Shown here: in pieces, positions 27,058 through 29,785 of the stretch | Layout: each line of letters starts with the position of its first letter | Numbering within the stretch: the stretch's first letter is position 1 | DNA from: a virus | Taxonomy: Duplodnaviria > Caudoviricetes | IMG/VR virus record: IMGVR_UViG_3300048856_000139 | Span: 1 to 29,785 of that record | Strand: one strand, 5' to 3' | Length of the DNA: 29,785 nt | The notes under the pieces: generated by a model | The model's input: only the letters and a program-made list of their open reading frames with translations | What the model was told of the DNA's origin: nothing | Database searches by the model: none | Translations under genes and position numbers: made by a program

Positions 27058-27178
27058 GAGCGGTTCTGGACGCTTCCAGGCCTCATTGCTGCGAAGTGTC
27101 AGCTCTCGCAGCTTGTGGGAGCATAGTTGCCGATCTTCGCTCCCGGCCGAGGCAGCCCTGGAGGGAGACGCCGCGACA
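27045..27178 (-). ncRNA. Putative sRNA unit C of the array
   Basis: EcfG-type promoter; hairpins GTCGCGGC/GCCTCGGC with a CTCCCTCC-containing loop, GGGAGC/GCTCCC, GCTGCGA/TCGCAGC; terminator GAGGCCTGG/CCAGGCCTC-TTTC. Confidence 0.6.
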
Positions 27179-27185
27179 GGCATCA

Positions 27186-27210
27186 AACCTCGCCGCACAT
27201 AAACCGTTCC
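27186..27210 (-). promoter_or_regulatory. EcfG/RpoE2-type promoter, unit C
   Basis: GGAAC-ggtttatgtgcggcgag(17)-GTT; two mismatches to the unit A promoter. Confidence 0.65.
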
Positions 27211-27232
27211 AATCAACATCGGATATTTTCCA

Positions 27233-27469
27233 ATGCCCACCACGCCCATCTGGCGGCGGGTACGCGCATGGCTGTTGCCTGACGCAACCACAATCGCCAA
27301 GCGCGCCTGGTCGCTGCGCCTCATCGAGGCCGCCGCCATCGCCGACCTCATCCTCAACGTCGTGCCGTACTTCTCCGACTTCCTGCCGTGGTGGCTGACC
27401 ATCGCGCTGCTGGTCGGGGCTTGGGTGGCGCGACTCCTCCCGCAAGGAGAAGCTCGTGAAACTGAGTAA
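27233..27469 (+). CDS. Putative holin
   Basis: 78 aa, two hydrophobic segments, AWSLRL...ARLLPQ; overlaps the endolysin start. Confidence 0.7.
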   Translation: MPTTPIWRRVRAWLLPDATTIAKRAWSLRLIEAAAIADLILNVVPYFSDFLPWWLTIALLVGAWVARLLPQGEARETE

Positions 27470-27950
27470 AATTTCCGCAAGCAAGAAGACGATCGGCGGC
27501 GCAACGGCTGCCGTTTTGCTGTCCATCTCCGCGCTGATCAAGCCATGGGAGGGACTGGAGCTGCGCTCCTATCCCGACATCGTCGGCGTCTGGACGGCTT
27601 GCTACGGCGAGACCAAGGGCATCCGGCCCGGCATGACCTTCACCAAGAAGGAATGCGAGGACAAACTGCTCGTGCGCGTCGTGAACGACTACTACCGCCC
27701 GTTGACGCAGTGCATTGCCGGGTTCGACCAGAAGCCCGCCGGCTGGCAGGCCGCATCGGTTTCGGTGGCCTACAACATCGGCACTGGCGCGGCCTGCAGT
27801 TCCACGGCGGCAAGGCTGGCCCGGGAAGGCAAGATGAAGGAAAGCTGCCACGCATGGACAAGGTTCAACCGCGCAGGCGGCAAGGTCGTCAAGGGTCTGG
27901 TTAATCGACGCGCCGCTGAGCTGAAGGTATGCCTGCAGGGTATTGCGTAA
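27456..27950 (+). CDS. Endolysin, GH24 lysozyme (probable SAR type)
   Basis: Catalytic E-X8-D-X5-T in WEGLELRSYPDIVGVWTACYG; YNIG; GLVNRR..E; weakly hydrophobic Gly/Ala N-terminus. Confidence 0.95.
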   Translation: MKLSKISASKKTIGGATAAVLLSISALIKPWEGLELRSYPDIVGVWTACYGETKGIRPGMTFTKKECEDKLLVRVVNDYYRPLTQCIAGFDQKPAGWQAASVSVAYNIGTGAACSSTAARLAREGKMKESCHAWTRFNRAGGKVVKGLVNRRAAELKVCLQGIA

Positions 27951-28333
27951 TGCTGGCCATCGCACAAATCCTCGGTGTGGATGCCTGGGTCATCCGGGCC
28001 ATCGCAGCCTTCCTTGCCGTCTCCGTGATCTGGTGGGCGGCCGACACTGTCCACGACCGCATCTATGACGCCGGCTACGCGGCAGCCACAGCCGTCTACG
28101 ACAAGGAGCGCGCCGACGCGGCTGAGGCAGATGCCAACGAGCAGCGCCGGCAGGCCATCGCGAACAATGCCGCGAAGAAGCGGGAAGCTGAGGCCCTTGC
28201 CGAGCTCGAGCGAGCCCAAACCGAAAATGAAGAACTGCGAAAGGAGCTGCGGCGTGAGGCTCAGCAAGATCCTGATGCTGGCCGCATTGCCATTGGCTCT
28301 GGCGGCGTGCAGCGCATCAACAAAGTCCGTTAG
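27950..28333 (+). CDS. i-spanin (Rz-like)
   Basis: N-terminal TM then coiled-coil; follows the endolysin. Confidence 0.8.
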   Translation: MLAIAQILGVDAWVIRAIAAFLAVSVIWWAADTVHDRIYDAGYAAATAVYDKERADAAEADANEQRRQAIANNAAKKREAEALAELERAQTENEELRKELRREAQQDPDAGRIAIGSGGVQRINKVR

Positions 28334-28556
28334 GGTGGTGCCCGTCGCACCACCGGTGATCGCACGGCCAGACAGCGCGCTGCTGCGGCTGTGCGCGCTG
28401 CCGGTCGACATCGGCAAGGGACCGCTCACGCGAGAGCAGGTCGAAGACCTCTGGATTACCGACCGGTCGAACATGCTAGCCTGCTACCGCCGGCACCTGG
28501 CGCTTCGGAATTTCGTGATCAAGCGCGACGATGCGCTGCGCGGGGAGGGCGGTTGA
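28254..28556 (+). CDS. o-spanin lipoprotein (Rz1-like)
   Basis: AAGGAG RBS, GTG start, lipobox LALAAC, Pro-rich; overlaps the 3' end of the i-spanin gene. Confidence 0.8.
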   Translation: MRLSKILMLAALPLALAACSASTKSVRVVPVAPPVIARPDSALLRLCALPVDIGKGPLTREQVEDLWITDRSNMLACYRRHLALRNFVIKRDDALRGEGG

Positions 28557-28861
28557 TGGAAGGCTGGATTTCCTACGTCGGCCCGCTCGTCGCGCTGGTC
28601 GGCCTCATCCTGACCATCTGGTGGAAAGTCGAGGGCAAGATTTCCGCCGCGAGCGATAAGGCCGAGGCGGCCCAGCGCGACTTGGCGGCCCACAAGCTGC
28701 ATGTGGCTACACACTACGTTTCTAAGGAAGGTCATCGCGAGGCTACGCAGCAGATCATGGAAGCGATCAGTGGCGTGAAGAGCGCCGTGGACGCAATGAC
28801 GCTGCGTATTGACCGTGTCGTCGAGGGGCAGCCGAAGGCGAGGACGACGAGGAGTGGGTAG
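28556..28861 (+). CDS. Single-TM coiled-coil protein at the end of the lysis cassette
   Basis: GGAGG RBS, TGATG overlap; MEGWISYVGPLVALVGLILTIWWK..HVATHYVSK. Confidence 0.8.
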   Translation: MEGWISYVGPLVALVGLILTIWWKVEGKISAASDKAEAAQRDLAAHKLHVATHYVSKEGHREATQQIMEAISGVKSAVDAMTLRIDRVVEGQPKARTTRSG

Positions 28862-28942
28862 GATAACGCATGGATCTACTGCGAGTTGACACCGCCGCAG
28901 AATCGGCATCTCCTTTCACAGCGCAGAAAGAGGGGGGATGCG

Positions 28943-29785
28943 ATGACGGTCTGCGTATGCGTCAAGGTCAACGAGTGCATGGTCTTTGCGGCGGATAGCG
29001 CATCGACGGTAGAAGCTCGCGGCTTCACCGATGGACACGGGGATCCCATTCAGCAAGTCTACCGGCACGGTAATAAGCTATTTCAGCTTCACCGGAAGTA
29101 CCCGATCATGGCAATGACCGCTGGTCTAGGCAATTTCGGACAAGCTTCGATAGCTATGTTGGCGAAGAGGTTCCGGCACAGCATCGGCTCCGATGGAACT
29201 TCGCCGCTTGGAACCGATTATACGATGAAGGAAGTCGTTGAACAGGCGCACAAGTACTTTCTTGAGGAAGAGTTCGCGAAGGTCGAAGACCCGAAAGATG
29301 CTGTGTTTGAGTTCTGGCTCGGCGGTTACTCGTCGGGTGAAATGTATCCAGAATTGTGGAAGCTGTCTGTGTTTTCCGGGAAAGTGCAGGATCCAGTGCA
29401 GCTGGCAACAACAGGCGACGTGGGGATTTACTACGGTGGGCAACCTGACCCGATCATGCGCTTGGTAAATGGTTTTGGATGGAGGCTTGAGGGAGTGCTG
29501 AGGAAGCACGGTGTCACGCCCGAGTCGCATCCAGAACTTTATAAGGAAGTCGCCCCCGAGTTGTATTTGCCGTTGATTTCTCCAGTGATGCCAATCCAAG
29601 ACGCCATCGATCTGACGGAATTTTTGGCAGATCTAACGAAAAAGGTGTTCCGCTTCAGAGCGGTACCGGAATACGTTTCAGGACACATAGACGTAGCCTC
29701 GGTAACCAAATATGAGAACTTCCGTTGGATAAAACGGAAGCACTACTATCCTCTGGCACTCAATCAACAGGTGGATCATGTCTGA
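28943..29785 (+). CDS. Moron: proteasome-beta-like (Ntn-hydrolase, Thr1) protein
   Basis: After Met removal Thr1 and Asp17 (TVCVCVKVNECMVFAADS), a Lys in HGNKLF, TAGLG, and C-terminal VSGHIDVASVT; purine-rich RBS; lower GC. Confidence 0.75.
   Translation: MTVCVCVKVNECMVFAADSASTVEARGFTDGHGDPIQQVYRHGNKLFQLHRKYPIMAMTAGLGNFGQASIAMLAKRFRHSIGSDGTSPLGTDYTMKEVVEQAHKYFLEEEFAKVEDPKDAVFEFWLGGYSSGEMYPELWKLSVFSGKVQDPVQLATTGDVGIYYGGQPDPIMRLVNGFGWRLEGVLRKHGVTPESHPELYKEVAPELYLPLISPVMPIQDAIDLTEFLADLTKKVFRFRAVPEYVSGHIDVASVTKYENFRWIKRKHYYPLALNQQVDHV

Larger units (their letters stand above)
2283..29785. mobile_element. HK97-type siphovirus-like prophage integrated at tRNA-Cys, probably defective; right end outside the window
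   Basis: att fragment, integrase, and ordered packaging/head/neck/tail/lysis modules; tail-tip gene truncated. Confidence 0.95.

Noticed and set aside
26201-27210. CRISPR array interpretation of the repeats
   Set aside because: Only two near-identical 30-bp copies, 260 nt apart; the other stems are too divergent and too widely spaced; no cas genes in the window.
26773-27504. 243-aa minus-strand ORF, plus track ORFs 26356-26595, 26598-26786 and 27083-27541 over the array
   Set aside because: Arg/Ser/Ala-rich low-information translations that overlap the holin/endolysin and cross terminator hairpins; consistent with shadow ORFs in GC-rich DNA.

Overview
The window has rhizobial (Sinorhizobium/Rhizobium-like, by gene content) host genes at 1-2280, followed by an HK97-type siphovirus-like prophage that starts at a displaced 3' half of tRNA-Cys (2283-2326) and runs past the right edge. 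The prophage has a tyrosine integrase, a compact early region with no recognisable CI repressor, a late promoter/terminator, HNH, terminase, portal, protease, capsid, neck, tail and lysis modules, and several morons. It looks defective: the tail-tip gene stops after 285 aa, out of frame with an orphan tail-fibre C-terminus. The most striking unexplained element is about 1 kb between the tail and lysis modules (26201-27210) with no credible ORF. It reads as a tandem array of paralogous minus-strand small RNA genes. Three units each have a GGAAC-N17/18-GTT (EcfG/RpoE2 general-stress-type) promoter, a GTCGYG 5' stem, variable internal hairpins and a conserved GGCCTGG..CCAGGCC-TCTTT terminator. 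Other notable items: an RHH-like regulator ending in an SSB-type acidic tail (FSRDLDDDIPF), a proteasome-beta-like Thr1 hydrolase moron, and a membrane protein abutting a convergent Pro-rich 48-aa peptide. All family calls are from manual motif reading and gene order; no database searches were run.
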